This document shows positions 29,692 through 39,939 of a DNA stretch of 64,000 nt, piece after piece. This DNA comes from an uncultured Candidatus Saccharibacteria bacterium (lineage in GTDB: Bacteria; Patescibacteriota; Minisyncoccia; Minisyncoccales; RBG-13-42-11), in assembly GCA_964481125.1 (NCBI GenBank), contig CAYZSL010000001.1, forward strand, positions 98,468 to 162,467, given 5' to 3'. A program made the translations under genes and the position numbers. The notes beneath the pieces were generated by a model. The model worked only from the letters and a program-made list of their open reading frames with translations. It was not told where the DNA came from and ran no database searches. The first letter of the stretch is position 1. Every line of letters starts with the position of its first letter.

Positions 29692-30663
29692 CAATTCTTT
29701 AATTTTCTCGGTAATTTTAGGATTCGCTCTCAGGAATTCCTTGCTTGCCTCTACTCCCTGACCGAGCTTATCGTTTTCAAACTGAAGCCAAGAACCGGCT
29801 TTTTTTATTATCTCTGCTTTTACCCCGGCCGACAAAACGTCGCCGTAATATGAAATACCTTCGTTGTAGAAAATATCGAATTCCGCTATCTTAAACGGCG
29901 GAGCAACCTTATTTTTAACTATCTTTGCTTTAACTCTTGAGCCGATAACTTCATCTTTTTGCTTAATTTGGGCGATTCTTCTTAGATCTATTCTGACAGA
30001 AGCATAGAATTTCAAAGCTAAGCCTCCTGGCGTTGTCTCGGGATTGCCGAACATTATGCCTATCTTCATCCTTGTCTGATTAAGGAAAATCAAAACAGTC
30101 TTGGTTTTAGCAAGTATGCCAGACAATTTTCTCAGTGCCTGGCTCATCAATCTCGCTTGCAGGCCTATCTGGAATTCTCCCATTTCTCCGGCAATTTCAG
30201 CTCGAGGAACTAAAGCAGCAACAGAATCAACGACAATCACGTCGATCTCCCCTGATTTAATCAAGCTTTCAACTATCTGCAAAGCTTGTTCTCCTGAATC
30301 TGGCTGGGAAATTAAAAGATCGTCAATATTGACTCCGATTCTCTTTGAATAGTCAGGATCCAAAGCGTGCTCAGCGTCAATAAAAGCGCCTACTCCCCCT
30401 TTTTTCTGAGCTTCAGCTAAAATATGTAGTGCCAAGGTGGTTTTGCCAGAGCTTTCCGGGCCGAAAATCTCAACCACTCTTCCCCGTGGCACTCCCCCAA
30501 CCCCTAAAGCCAAATCCAAAGAAAGAGAACCTGTTGGAACAACGTCGACATCAACTGCTCTTGCATCTCTCAGTTTCATAATCGCTCCTTCTCCGAAGCG
30601 CTGTTTTATTTCATCGACTGCTTCCTGCAAATCGTTTGATTGTTGAGTTTTTTTCTTTACCAT
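29662..30663 (-). CDS. recA: Recombinase RecA
   Basis: 333 aa. [12 protein letters not shown] (Walker A), [10 protein letters not shown], and L1/L2 regions ([14 protein letters not shown]; [10 protein letters not shown]). Confidence 0.98.
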   Translation of the reverse strand: MVKKKTQQSNDLQEAVDEIKQRFGEGAIMKLRDARAVDVDVVPTGSLSLDLALGVGGVPRGRVVEIFGPESSGKTTLALHILAEAQKKGGVGAFIDAEHALDPDYSKRIGVNIDDLLISQPDSGEQALQIVESLIKSGEIDVIVVDSVAALVPRAEIAGEMGEFQIGLQARLMSQALRKLSGILAKTKTVLIFLNQTRMKIGIMFGNPETTPGGLALKFYASVRIDLRRIAQIKQKDEVIGSRVKAKIVKNKVAPPFKIAEFDIFYNEGISYYGDVLSAGVKAEIIKKAGSWLQFENDKLGQGVEASKEFLRANPKITEKIKELLLRSWREKS

Positions 30664-30685
30664 ATATTGTTATTTTATCAATAAA

Positions 30686-32845
30686 TTAAATTTTTTCCCA
30701 GCCCTCATCTACTTCCTCGTTTTGCGCTTCCTGCTTTGAAAAGACTTCTCTTGGCTTTGCTCCCTCTCCAGGCCCGATAATCCCTTTTTCTTCAAGTATG
30801 TCCAGCAATCTGGCAGCTCTGGCATAACCGATTCTCAGCCTTCTTTGTAAAAAAGAAGCAGAAGCTTTTCTTGTTTCAATCACTATTTTTTTCGCTTCTT
30901 CATACAAAGGATCTTCACCTCCGGCATAGCCGTCAAAACTTTCCCCGTTTTTTGTCTCCTCCAAGATTTTTTCTAAATCCTCTGCCAAATGGTTTTCAAA
31001 CAAAGCTGGTTCCTGGACGTCTAAAGCCTCTTCCCTTTGGTTTTTAACGTAGTCTATTACTTTTTTTACTTCTTTTTCTGAAGTGTAAGCGCCTTGTATC
31101 CTTTTCGGTTTTGAAACTTCTGCTGAAATGAAAAGTAAATCTCCAGCCCCTAAAAGTTTTTCAGCGCCAGCCATGTCCAAAACAGTACGGCTATCAACTT
31201 GCGAGGCAACTTGGAAAGTGACTCTTGAGGTAATATTGGCTTTTATCAGGCCGGTAATCACTTCTACTGACGGCCTCTGGGTGGCAACAACCAAATGAAT
31301 GCCCACTGCCCTTGCCATTTGAGCTAACCTGACAATACCAACTTCCATTTCCCTGCCTTTGGCTGCCATCAAATCAGCCAGTTCGTCAATAATCAAAACA
31401 ATGTAGGGCAAAGGCTTTTCCCCCTCTTTCATAATCTTCATATTATAACTGTCTATATTTCTTGAGCCATTGTTGGATAAAATATTAAATCTTTTCTCCA
31501 TTTCCATAATCAGCCACTTTAAGGCATTGATCGTTCTCTGGGGATCGAAAATAACCGGGGTCAAAAGATGGGGAAGGTCTTTATATGCTGAAAATTCAAC
31601 CCTTTTCGGATCTGCCAGTATAAGACGCAGAGTTTCCGGAGAATTCTGATAAAGCAGACTCAAAATCAGAGAGTTCAAAAAAATAGTCTTGCCGGTACCG
31701 GTTGCTCCAGCTACCAAAAGATGAGGCATTCTGGCCAGATCAGCATAGCAATAATTTCCTGAAACATCCTTGCCTAGAACAATGTTTAAGCCTGAAACAG
31801 CGCTTTGGAACTGGGGACTAGCCACCAAATCCCTCATTCTGATCTGACATCTTGTCTTATTGGGCACTTCAATACCGACCAATGATTTTCCTGGAATCGG
31901 CGCTTCAATCCTGATCGGATGGCTGGCCAAAGCTAAAGAAAGATTATTTGAAAGGGCGGTAATTTTTGAAAGTTTTATACCTTCAGCCGGCTTTAGACTG
32001 TATTGAGTGACTGTCGGGCCAATATTGATTTCTGACATTTCTACTGATACGCCAAAGTTTTCTAAAGTCTTTTTAATGATTGCTGAATTGGTCACCGTAT
32101 CGCCGGCAGTCGGTTTTCCCTTGTCTGTTTCCAATAATTCCAAAGGCGGAGTCTTATACTGCGCTCCTGCCAAAACATTAGACAGTTTTTTTGTTTCAAG
32201 ATCCAAAATCGGCGCCTCTGGCTTGAAAGGAGTTTCTTTTACTTTTGGTTCAACCTCCTTGACCCTGAATTGCGGCAGGAATATTTTCTTTATTAAAGAA
32301 GGTTCTTTTTCTATTTCCTGCTTGTCTTGTTTGGGAGTTTCTTTAAGGTCAGGCCTTTTTATCAAATACCAAAAAATCAAAAGCCCTATAAGGATTATTC
32401 CGCCAAAAACTATCTTGGTTACTAAAAGCCCGAAGAACTTCAAAAGAGGCCAGTTCAAGATGTACCCCAGCCAGCCGCCCTGCTTTACCACGGAAGCAAA
32501 GCTCTCAATAATTCCGGATGTTCCGACAATCAAGATGAAAATCGCCAGGATTGTCGGGCCGAAAAACTTCTTGTATTTTGTATTAAAAAAGACAATGCCC
32601 GCTAAAACCAAAATTAAAGGAATAAGGAAAATGGCACTACCGATTAAGAAAGTAAGCCCTTTAATCAAAGCATTCCCAGCTACGCCAGCCAAACCAAAAA
32701 AACTCAAAGCAATAATTATCGCCAGGATGAAAATTATTACGCCGGAAATCCATTTCTTGGTTTCTCCCGGCAGATAAAAAATGCCTGGCCTTCTCTGTTT
32801 TGCCAAAAATCTTTTGTTATTTTTGTGTTTTTTCTTTTTTCCCAC
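30686..32845 (-). CDS. ftsK: DNA translocase FtsK/SpoIIIE
   Basis: 719 aa with four or five N-terminal TM segments. Motor domain LLVAGATGTGKT, IVLIIDELADLM, a RecA-like fold and a C-terminal gamma (winged-helix) region SASFLQRRLRIGYARAARLLDILEEKGIIGP. Confidence 0.95.
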   Translation of the reverse strand: MGKKKKHKNNKRFLAKQRRPGIFYLPGETKKWISGVIIFILAIIIALSFFGLAGVAGNALIKGLTFLIGSAIFLIPLILVLAGIVFFNTKYKKFFGPTILAIFILIVGTSGIIESFASVVKQGGWLGYILNWPLLKFFGLLVTKIVFGGIILIGLLIFWYLIKRPDLKETPKQDKQEIEKEPSLIKKIFLPQFRVKEVEPKVKETPFKPEAPILDLETKKLSNVLAGAQYKTPPLELLETDKGKPTAGDTVTNSAIIKKTLENFGVSVEMSEINIGPTVTQYSLKPAEGIKLSKITALSNNLSLALASHPIRIEAPIPGKSLVGIEVPNKTRCQIRMRDLVASPQFQSAVSGLNIVLGKDVSGNYCYADLARMPHLLVAGATGTGKTIFLNSLILSLLYQNSPETLRLILADPKRVEFSAYKDLPHLLTPVIFDPQRTINALKWLIMEMEKRFNILSNNGSRNIDSYNMKIMKEGEKPLPYIVLIIDELADLMAAKGREMEVGIVRLAQMARAVGIHLVVATQRPSVEVITGLIKANITSRVTFQVASQVDSRTVLDMAGAEKLLGAGDLLFISAEVSKPKRIQGAYTSEKEVKKVIDYVKNQREEALDVQEPALFENHLAEDLEKILEETKNGESFDGYAGGEDPLYEEAKKIVIETRKASASFLQRRLRIGYARAARLLDILEEKGIIGPGEGAKPREVFSKQEAQNEEVDEGWEKI

Positions 32846-32943
32846 AGGTAAAGATTTAATTTACTGATTCCATTCTATTATATCACTTCTTTGCCTAATT
32901 AAAAATCCCTGCAACTTTATTTACATCTGGATTTTTGAGATCT

Positions 32944-35900
32944 TTACTTTTTCTTAAAGCCGGTGCCAGCCGGGATCAGTTTACCGATAATTACGTTCTC
33001 CTTTAATCCTCTCAATCTGTCTTCCTTGCCCTCAAGAGAGGCTTTTATAAGAACCCTGGAAGTTTCCTGGAAAGAAGCTGCTGAAAGGAAACTGTCTGTG
33101 GTCAAGGCAACCCTGGAAATGCCAAGTAAAACGGAAGCACCCTTGGCCGGCTTTTTCTTTGCTTTTTTGAGTTGGTTGTTTTCTTCCAAGAATTTTGTTT
33201 TCTCAATAATTTCTCCTGGAGAAAACGAAGAATCTTCAGATTCTTTGATCTTTATCCTTGAAAACATCTGCCGGCAAATTATTTCAATGTGTTTATCGTG
33301 GATCAAAGCGCCCTGGGAAACGTAAATTTTCTGGATTTCCTTGATAATGTACTTTTGTGCTTCTTCTTCTCCGGCTAATTTGAACAATTCTTTTAATTCC
33401 AAGCTTCCCTCGCAAAGCTGCTGGCCTTTTTTAACTTCCTGGCCAATCTCCACCCAAATTGCTGATTTTGCCGGAATTTGGTATTCAAGCACTTCTGATT
33501 TTTTAGATTTTGATTTGCCGCTTTCCGCTTTTGATTTTATCTTTATCACCTTGTCTTGAGTTATTTCCAAAACTTTTCCGTCAGTACGGGATATTTCCGC
33601 TTTTCCGCCAGGCACCCTTGCTTCAAAAACCTCCTGAACTCTCGGCAAACCCATGGTAATATCTCCTCCGCCTGCTACTCCTCCAGTATGGAAAGTTCTC
33701 ATTGTCAGCTGGGTTCCTGGTTCTCCGATTGACTGGGCAGCCACCACTCCGACTGCTTCTCCTAATTGTATCGGCTTGTTTTTACCGACATCCCAGCCGT
33801 AGCACTTCTGGCAAACGCCCCTGATTGACTTGCAACTTAAAGGAGACCTTATTTTTACTCCTTCAATACCAGCCTTGGCTATTTTCTCAGCTTTTTCCCA
33901 ATCAATAACATCTCCCTGCTTGCAGATTTTCTTTACGTTTTCAAGGCAAATCCTGCCCAAAAGCTTAAAAACAAAGTTCTGGCCGATTTCATCAGCATCT
34001 TTTTTCAATACAGTTACTCCTTCTTTCTCTCCGCAGTCTTCTTCAGTAATTATCGCCTCATGGGCAACGTCAACCAACCTTCTTGTCAAATAGCCGGCTG
34101 TGGAGGTTCTGAGAGCAGTGTCAGCTGTTCCCTTTCTGGCTCCATGAGTGGAAATAAAGTATTCCAAAACGTCAAACCCTTCTTTAAAAGAGCTTTTCAC
34201 GGGCAATTCAATAATCTGGCCCGCTGGATTGATCACCAAGCCTTTCATACCAGCCATTTGCACTGGCTGGCCCCAGGAACCCTTTGCTCCAGAATCAATA
34301 ATCTGGAAAACCGAGCCGTCTTTCGGTAAAGCTTTTGGCACTAATTCTTCTATTTTGGTCTTGACCCTGCTCCAAACCTCGATGACTTTAGAGCTTTTTT
34401 CTTCTTTTGAAAGCAAACCTTTTTTAAAATGCGCTTCAATTCCTTCTATTTCTTTTTCCGCTTCAGCGACAATCTTTTCTTTTTCCGGGGGAACGACTAA
34501 ATCATCCATCCCCCAAGAAACTCCAGACCAGGTTGAATATTCAAAGCCCAGTTCTTTTATTTTATCCAAAGCTTCCTCTGTTTTTTCAGAGTCGTATTTT
34601 TCAATAATGTCCCTGGTTATAGTTTCCAGATCCTTGATTTTTATTAAAGAGTTCTGGAAAGGATAGTTTTCTGGTAAAGCTTCGTTGAAAATAATCCTGC
34701 CAACGCTGGTTTCAATTAAAGACGAAGTCTGAGAAAATCTGACTTTCATTTTTGCCTGTATGTCAATGTCGCCTAACTCAAAAGCAAGAATAGCTTCGTC
34801 TTTGCTGCAGAATATCTTTCCTTCGCCTTTTGCTCCTTCTTTTAATCTCGTCATCCAGCTGCAACCAAGAATAATATCCTGATTAATGCTGATGACCGGA
34901 GTACCGGTAGCTGGCTTTAAAAGATTATGGGTAAAAAGCATGATTTCCTTGGCTTCTTTCTGGGCTTTATCAGACAAAGGCAAATGAACTGCCATCTGGT
35001 CTCCGTCAAAATCAGCATTAAAGGACTTGCAAACCATGGGATGGATCCTAAGTGCTTCGCCCTCAATTAATATCGGGTAAAAAGCCTGAATTCCCAATCG
35101 GTGAAGAGTAGGGGCTCTATTAAGTAAAACAAGCTTATCTTTAACCACCTCTTCCAAACTGGCCCAAACTTCATCGGTTTCCTGCTCGATTAATCTGGCT
35201 GCGCTTCTAACGTTATAGGTCAGTTCTTTGTCCAATAATTTCTTAATAATAAAAGGTTTGAAAAGCTCCAGGGCCATTTTCTTGGGAATACCCACCTGAT
35301 TAAGCTTCAATTCAGGGCCAACGACAATGACTGATCTTCCGGAATAATCCACTCTTTTGCCCAAAAGGTTCTGCCTGAACCGTCCCTGTTTTCCCTTGAG
35401 TATGTCAGCTAAAGACTTCAAGAGTCTTTTGCCTCCGGTAGTGGCTGTAGTCATGGTTCCTTTTCTCATACTGTTGTCAATCAAAGCGTCAACCGCTTCC
35501 TGGAGCATTCTTTTCTCATTTCTGACAATAACTTCCGGAGATCCTATTTCCAAAAGGTATTTCAAACGGTTGTTCCTGTTAATGACTCTTCTATAAAGAT
35601 CGTTTAAATCAGAAGAAGCGTAGCGGCCGCCGTCCAATTGAACCATTGGCCTTAAGTCAGGCGGCAACACAGGCAAACAGGTCAAAAACATCCATTCTGG
35701 CCTCATGTTGGCCTTAACCATTCCCTGAAGAAGCTTTAATCTGACCAGCATTTTTCTCTTGGAAACGGGCTGGGCAGATTCTATTGCTTTTTTCAACTCT
35801 GTAATCTTTTTCTTTAAATCAATCTTTTCGAAAATCTTTCTCAGAACTTCAGCTCCGGTACTTGCTTCGAAAATCTCTCCGTATTTCAAAGAAAGACGGT

Positions 35901-36525
35901 GGTAGTCAATTTCCGACAAAGTCTTAAAGGGCTTTAAATTCAAAACCTCTTCTCTGGCTGCGTCTTTAGCTGATTTCAAATCGCTCAATTTTATCTTTTC
36001 TTTTTTCGGGCCTTTTGTTTTTTTAACAGTTTTGGATGGCTTCTGCTCTTTCAGCTTTGATTTATATTCTTTCTCGATTTCTTCTAAAACCTTTTTCTTG
36101 GCTTCCTCGTCAATACTAATAACAATGTAAGAAGAAAAGTAAATTACCTTTTCAATTTGCTGCATCGGAATATCAAAAATCATGCCCATTCTGGAGGGCA
36201 CTCCCCTCAAAAACCAGATATGCGAACAGGGACTGGCCAAGCTGATATGGCCCATTCTTTCCCTCCTGGTCTGGGCTTTTGTCACTTCTACTCCACATCT
36301 GTCGCAGACCATGGCTTTGTAGCGAATTCCCTTGTACTTGCCACAATAGCATTCGTAATCTTTAACCGGACCGAAAATCTTCTCGCAAAAAAGCCCGTCT
36401 TTTTCAGCGCGCTGGGTCCTGTAGTTGATGGTTTCTGGCTTTGTCACTTCTCCACGTGACCAAGTCAAAATATCATCTGGCGAGGCAAGCTTTATTCTTA
36501 TTGATTCTAAGTCTTGTACTCTCAT
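32944..36525 (-). CDS. rpoC: DNA-directed RNA polymerase subunit beta-prime
   Basis: 1193 aa. Zn finger [20 protein letters not shown], catalytic [12 protein letters not shown], and bridge helix/trigger loop regions. Confidence 0.98.
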   Translation of the reverse strand: MRVQDLESIRIKLASPDDILTWSRGEVTKPETINYRTQRAEKDGLFCEKIFGPVKDYECYCGKYKGIRYKAMVCDRCGVEVTKAQTRRERMGHISLASPCSHIWFLRGVPSRMGMIFDIPMQQIEKVIYFSSYIVISIDEEAKKKVLEEIEKEYKSKLKEQKPSKTVKKTKGPKKEKIKLSDLKSAKDAAREEVLNLKPFKTLSEIDYHRLSLKYGEIFEASTGAEVLRKIFEKIDLKKKITELKKAIESAQPVSKRKMLVRLKLLQGMVKANMRPEWMFLTCLPVLPPDLRPMVQLDGGRYASSDLNDLYRRVINRNNRLKYLLEIGSPEVIVRNEKRMLQEAVDALIDNSMRKGTMTTATTGGKRLLKSLADILKGKQGRFRQNLLGKRVDYSGRSVIVVGPELKLNQVGIPKKMALELFKPFIIKKLLDKELTYNVRSAARLIEQETDEVWASLEEVVKDKLVLLNRAPTLHRLGIQAFYPILIEGEALRIHPMVCKSFNADFDGDQMAVHLPLSDKAQKEAKEIMLFTHNLLKPATGTPVISINQDIILGCSWMTRLKEGAKGEGKIFCSKDEAILAFELGDIDIQAKMKVRFSQTSSLIETSVGRIIFNEALPENYPFQNSLIKIKDLETITRDIIEKYDSEKTEEALDKIKELGFEYSTWSGVSWGMDDLVVPPEKEKIVAEAEKEIEGIEAHFKKGLLSKEEKSSKVIEVWSRVKTKIEELVPKALPKDGSVFQIIDSGAKGSWGQPVQMAGMKGLVINPAGQIIELPVKSSFKEGFDVLEYFISTHGARKGTADTALRTSTAGYLTRRLVDVAHEAIITEEDCGEKEGVTVLKKDADEIGQNFVFKLLGRICLENVKKICKQGDVIDWEKAEKIAKAGIEGVKIRSPLSCKSIRGVCQKCYGWDVGKNKPIQLGEAVGVVAAQSIGEPGTQLTMRTFHTGGVAGGGDITMGLPRVQEVFEARVPGGKAEISRTDGKVLEITQDKVIKIKSKAESGKSKSKKSEVLEYQIPAKSAIWVEIGQEVKKGQQLCEGSLELKELFKLAGEEEAQKYIIKEIQKIYVSQGALIHDKHIEIICRQMFSRIKIKESEDSSFSPGEIIEKTKFLEENNQLKKAKKKPAKGASVLLGISRVALTTDSFLSAASFQETSRVLIKASLEGKEDRLRGLKENVIIGKLIPAGTGFKKK

Positions 36526-36531
36526 ATATTT

Positions 36532-39500
36532 TTAGAAAATTTCTCTTGGCTTTTCTTTAACTTCAACGCTTAATCCCAATGATTTCAATTCAGCCACCAA
36601 AAGATTAAAGGAAGCTGGTATGTTTGGAGCTTTTATCTCCTCTCCTTTCAGTATCGCTTCGTAAGTGGCTGCTCTGCCCGGCATATCATCTGATTTAATG
36701 GTCAGCATCTCCTGAAGCGTATTAGCTGCGCCGTATCCTTCCAATGCCCAAACTTCCATTTCTCCAAATCTCTGCCCGCCAAATTGCGCCTTACCTCCCA
36801 AAGGCTGCTGGGTAATCAAAGAATACGGACCTATTGACCTCATGTGGATTTTGTCTTCAACCATATGAATCAGCTTCATCATGTATATGTAACCGACAGT
36901 AACAGGCTTTAGAAAAGAAACGCCTGTTATACCGTCGTACAACATAATCTTTCCGTCTTCTGGAAGGTTAGCTGTTTTCAATTCTTTCTTTATGTCTGCT
37001 TCTGTCGCTCCAGCTAATGCCGGAGAAACTGCCTGATATCCCAAAACCTTGGCTGCCCATCCTAAATGAGTTTCCAGAATCTGGCCCAAGTTCATTCTGG
37101 AAGCCACGCTCATCGGATTAAGAATAATATCAACCGGAGTGCCGTCTGCCATAAAAGGCATTTCTTCAACCGGCATAATCTTAGAAACTACTCCTTTGTT
37201 TCCGTGGCGGCCGGCCAATTTATCGCCAGCCTTAATTTCTCTTAGTTGGGCCACTTCCACTTCAATCCTCTTGATTACTCCAGGCTCTAATTTGTGTCCC
37301 AGTTCTCTGGAAAATATTTTAACCCCGATCACTCTTCCTCTTTTACCGTGCTGCATTAAAAGAGAGCTGTCTTTTATTTCTCTTGCTTTTTCTCCGAAAA
37401 TAGCTCTTAACAATCTTTCTTCGGCAGTCAAATCAGCTTCGCCTTTCGGTGAAATCTTGCCTACCAAAATATCGTTGGGTCCAACTTCAGCTCCAATTAT
37501 AATAATTCCTTCCTCGTCTAAGTCCTTCAGTTTTTCTTCGGAAACATTGGGAATATCTGATGTCGTCAGTTCCGGTCCAAGTTTGGTTTCCCTGACATCG
37601 CAGGAAAAACTTTCAACGTGGATTGAAGTATAGACATCGTCTTTGACTAGTCTCTCTGAAATAATAATCGAGTCTTCAAAGTTACCTCCTCTCCAAGGCA
37701 TAAAAGCAACCAAGATATTCTGGCCCAAAGCCAAAGACCCCTGGGCAATTGAACCGCCGTCAGTCAAGATATCGCCCTTTCTCACTTTTTGGCCCTTTTT
37801 AACAATGGGCTTTTGGTGGAAACAGGTATATTGATTTGTTCTGATAAAAGTTTTTAAATGGTGAGTCTTTGATTTTGATCCGCCCTTTAGCCTGATAACA
37901 ATATGATTGGCGTCAACTTCGGAAATAGTGCCGTCTTCTTCAGCAACTATTGCCTGGCCTGAATCCAAAGCTACCTTCTTTTCAACACCCGTAGCAACTA
38001 AGGGAGCTGCCGGGTTGAGTAAAGGAACTGACTGCCTTTGCATATTAGAACCCATCAAAGCCCTATTTGCGTCATCATTCTGTAAAAATGGAATACAGGA
38101 AGTGGCAATTGAAACTGACTGTTCCGAAGAGACATCAATAAAATCAATCTTGTCCCTGTCCATAACTCCGGGCTCTCCTTTTATCCTAGCTTCCACTTTT
38201 TCCGGAATAATGTAGCCTTTATTGTCAATCGGCACGGCTCCTGAAGCAATATTGTATTTTTCTTCCTGATAAGCGTTAAGATAATGTATTTCCGAAGTCA
38301 CTTTTCTTTTATCAACTTTAAAATACGGCGTTTCCAAAAAGCCGTACTGGTTGACTCTGGAAAAAGAAGCCATATGCCCGACCAGTCCGATGTTCGGCCC
38401 TTCCGGAGTTTGAATGGGGCAGATTCTGCCATAGTGCGACGGCTGAACGTCCCTGACTTCGAAACCAGCTCTTTCTCTGGTCAAACCGCCAGGCCCTGTA
38501 GAAGACAACCTTCTCTTGTGCTCCAATTCAGCTAAAGGGTTTTCATTATCCATGAATTGTGACAGCTGAGAAGAGGTAAAGAATTCCTTAACCACTGCCA
38601 TAAAAGGCCTGGGATTTATTAGTTGGGCCGGAGTAAGAGTAAAAACATCAAGAGTGGACATTCTGTCTTTGATGATTCTTTCCATCCTCATTAGACCCAC
38701 CCTTAATCTGTTTTGTAATAATTCATTCAAAGTTCTGACCCTTCTGTTGCCCAAGTGGTCAATCTGGTCAGGCTGGGATCCTGGCGTATTATTCAGCCTG
38801 ATTATTTCCTTAATCACAGTTACTACATCTTCCAACTTCAAAACTCTGTCTTCAACCTTAATATCTCCTTCTGTTTTTTTGCCTTTTTGACTTTGGGACG
38901 GTAATCTTTGAGACATCCTCCATCTGCCTACTTTTGATAGATCATATCTTTCAAAATTAAAAAACATGTTTTCAATCAGCTCCCTGGCAGTATCAGGGGT
39001 AGCCAAATCTCCTGGCCTCAGTCTCTGGTAAATTTCGACAAATGCTTCTGCCTGAGTATGAGTGGTATCCCTTTTTAAGGTTTCTTCAATGTATTTTATC
39101 TCTCCCCTGTCAACGTCCTGAAAAGTTTCCTTAATTGATTCGTCTTTTTCAATGCCAAAAGCCCTTAATAGGGTGGTAGCCATTATTTTCCTTCTCCTAT
39201 CTATCTTAAGTCCGATTGCTCCCGAAGATTCTGTTTCAAATTCAAGCCAAGCGCCTCTGTTGGGAATGATTTTTGCGCCGAAAGCTCCTTTGCCTGGAAC
39301 TTTTTGACCGGTGAAAAAAGCGCCAGGAGAACGAATCAGCTGGGAAATAGTTACTCTTTCCACTCCGTTGACAATAAAAGTTCCCCTTTCTGTCATTAAG
39401 GGGAAATCAGTTAGAAAAACTTCCTGTTCTTTGATCTCTTTGGTTTTTAAGTTGACCAGTTTTGTTTTTGCTCTCAAAGAAGCTTCATAAGAATCATTGT

Positions 39501-39723
39501 TCTGCTTGGCTTCCAGGTCAGTCTTGTATTTTGGTTCGTCTAACTTAAAATCGGAAAACCAAAGCTCAAGTTCTTTGCCGGTATAATCCCTGATCGGAGA
39601 AATTTCCCGAAAAAGTTCCTTTAAGTCCCTGTCCCAAAACAGCTGCCAATTGTCTTTCTGTATTGAAATCAAATAAGGCAGGGAAAGAGAAACCTTTGCT
39701 TTTGTGAAGTTTTTAGTTTCCAT
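36532..39723 (-). CDS. rpoB: DNA-directed RNA polymerase subunit beta
   Basis: 1063 aa. The rifampicin-cluster region FFTSSQLSQFMDNENPLAELEHKRRLS, plus GEMEVWALEGYGAA. Lies 6 nt upstream of rpoC. Confidence 0.98.
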   Translation of the reverse strand: METKNFTKAKVSLSLPYLISIQKDNWQLFWDRDLKELFREISPIRDYTGKELELWFSDFKLDEPKYKTDLEAKQNNDSYEASLRAKTKLVNLKTKEIKEQEVFLTDFPLMTERGTFIVNGVERVTISQLIRSPGAFFTGQKVPGKGAFGAKIIPNRGAWLEFETESSGAIGLKIDRRRKIMATTLLRAFGIEKDESIKETFQDVDRGEIKYIEETLKRDTTHTQAEAFVEIYQRLRPGDLATPDTARELIENMFFNFERYDLSKVGRWRMSQRLPSQSQKGKKTEGDIKVEDRVLKLEDVVTVIKEIIRLNNTPGSQPDQIDHLGNRRVRTLNELLQNRLRVGLMRMERIIKDRMSTLDVFTLTPAQLINPRPFMAVVKEFFTSSQLSQFMDNENPLAELEHKRRLSSTGPGGLTRERAGFEVRDVQPSHYGRICPIQTPEGPNIGLVGHMASFSRVNQYGFLETPYFKVDKRKVTSEIHYLNAYQEEKYNIASGAVPIDNKGYIIPEKVEARIKGEPGVMDRDKIDFIDVSSEQSVSIATSCIPFLQNDDANRALMGSNMQRQSVPLLNPAAPLVATGVEKKVALDSGQAIVAEEDGTISEVDANHIVIRLKGGSKSKTHHLKTFIRTNQYTCFHQKPIVKKGQKVRKGDILTDGGSIAQGSLALGQNILVAFMPWRGGNFEDSIIISERLVKDDVYTSIHVESFSCDVRETKLGPELTTSDIPNVSEEKLKDLDEEGIIIIGAEVGPNDILVGKISPKGEADLTAEERLLRAIFGEKAREIKDSSLLMQHGKRGRVIGVKIFSRELGHKLEPGVIKRIEVEVAQLREIKAGDKLAGRHGNKGVVSKIMPVEEMPFMADGTPVDIILNPMSVASRMNLGQILETHLGWAAKVLGYQAVSPALAGATEADIKKELKTANLPEDGKIMLYDGITGVSFLKPVTVGYIYMMKLIHMVEDKIHMRSIGPYSLITQQPLGGKAQFGGQRFGEMEVWALEGYGAANTLQEMLTIKSDDMPGRAATYEAILKGEEIKAPNIPASFNLLVAELKSLGLSVEVKEKPREIF

Positions 39724-39889
39724 GGAATATAAAACACCAAAAATACCCCAAACAAAAAAAATTCTGGGGCAAAAAATTATTTTGATTTTTTACAATAAGG
39801 AGGGAACCAAGATAATATTGAAAAACTTTAATTTATTCGTATTTTGCCTAGAAACAAAATCGCAGTTTCTATAGTAAACAGTAAATTTA

Positions 39890-39918
39890 ATATTACTCTT
39901 ATCACAAAGAGCTGTCAA
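39890..39918 (-). promoter_or_regulatory. Sigma-70 promoter for rpoBC (TTGACA-17 nt-TAATAT)
   Basis: The minus strand reads cTTGACAgctctttgtgataagagTAATATt. Perfect -35 and 17-nt spacer. Implies a 5-prime UTR of about 160 nt before the rpoB ATG at 39723. Confidence 0.6.
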
Positions 39919-39939
39919 GGGCTTTTTGGTTTTGGCCCG

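Noticed and set aside
39740-39775. Hairpin CCCCA..TGGGG in the rpoB leader as a possible attenuator
   Set aside because: The stem is only 5 bp with a 14-nt A/T loop, which is too weak to call.
39800-39870. AAGGAGG on the plus strand at about 39808, followed by an 18-codon TTG ORF in the rpoB upstream region
   Set aside because: The spacing to the TTG is about 14 nt, the ORF is tiny, and the region is better explained as the 5-prime UTR of rpoB transcribed from the TTGACA/TAATAT promoter on the other strand.
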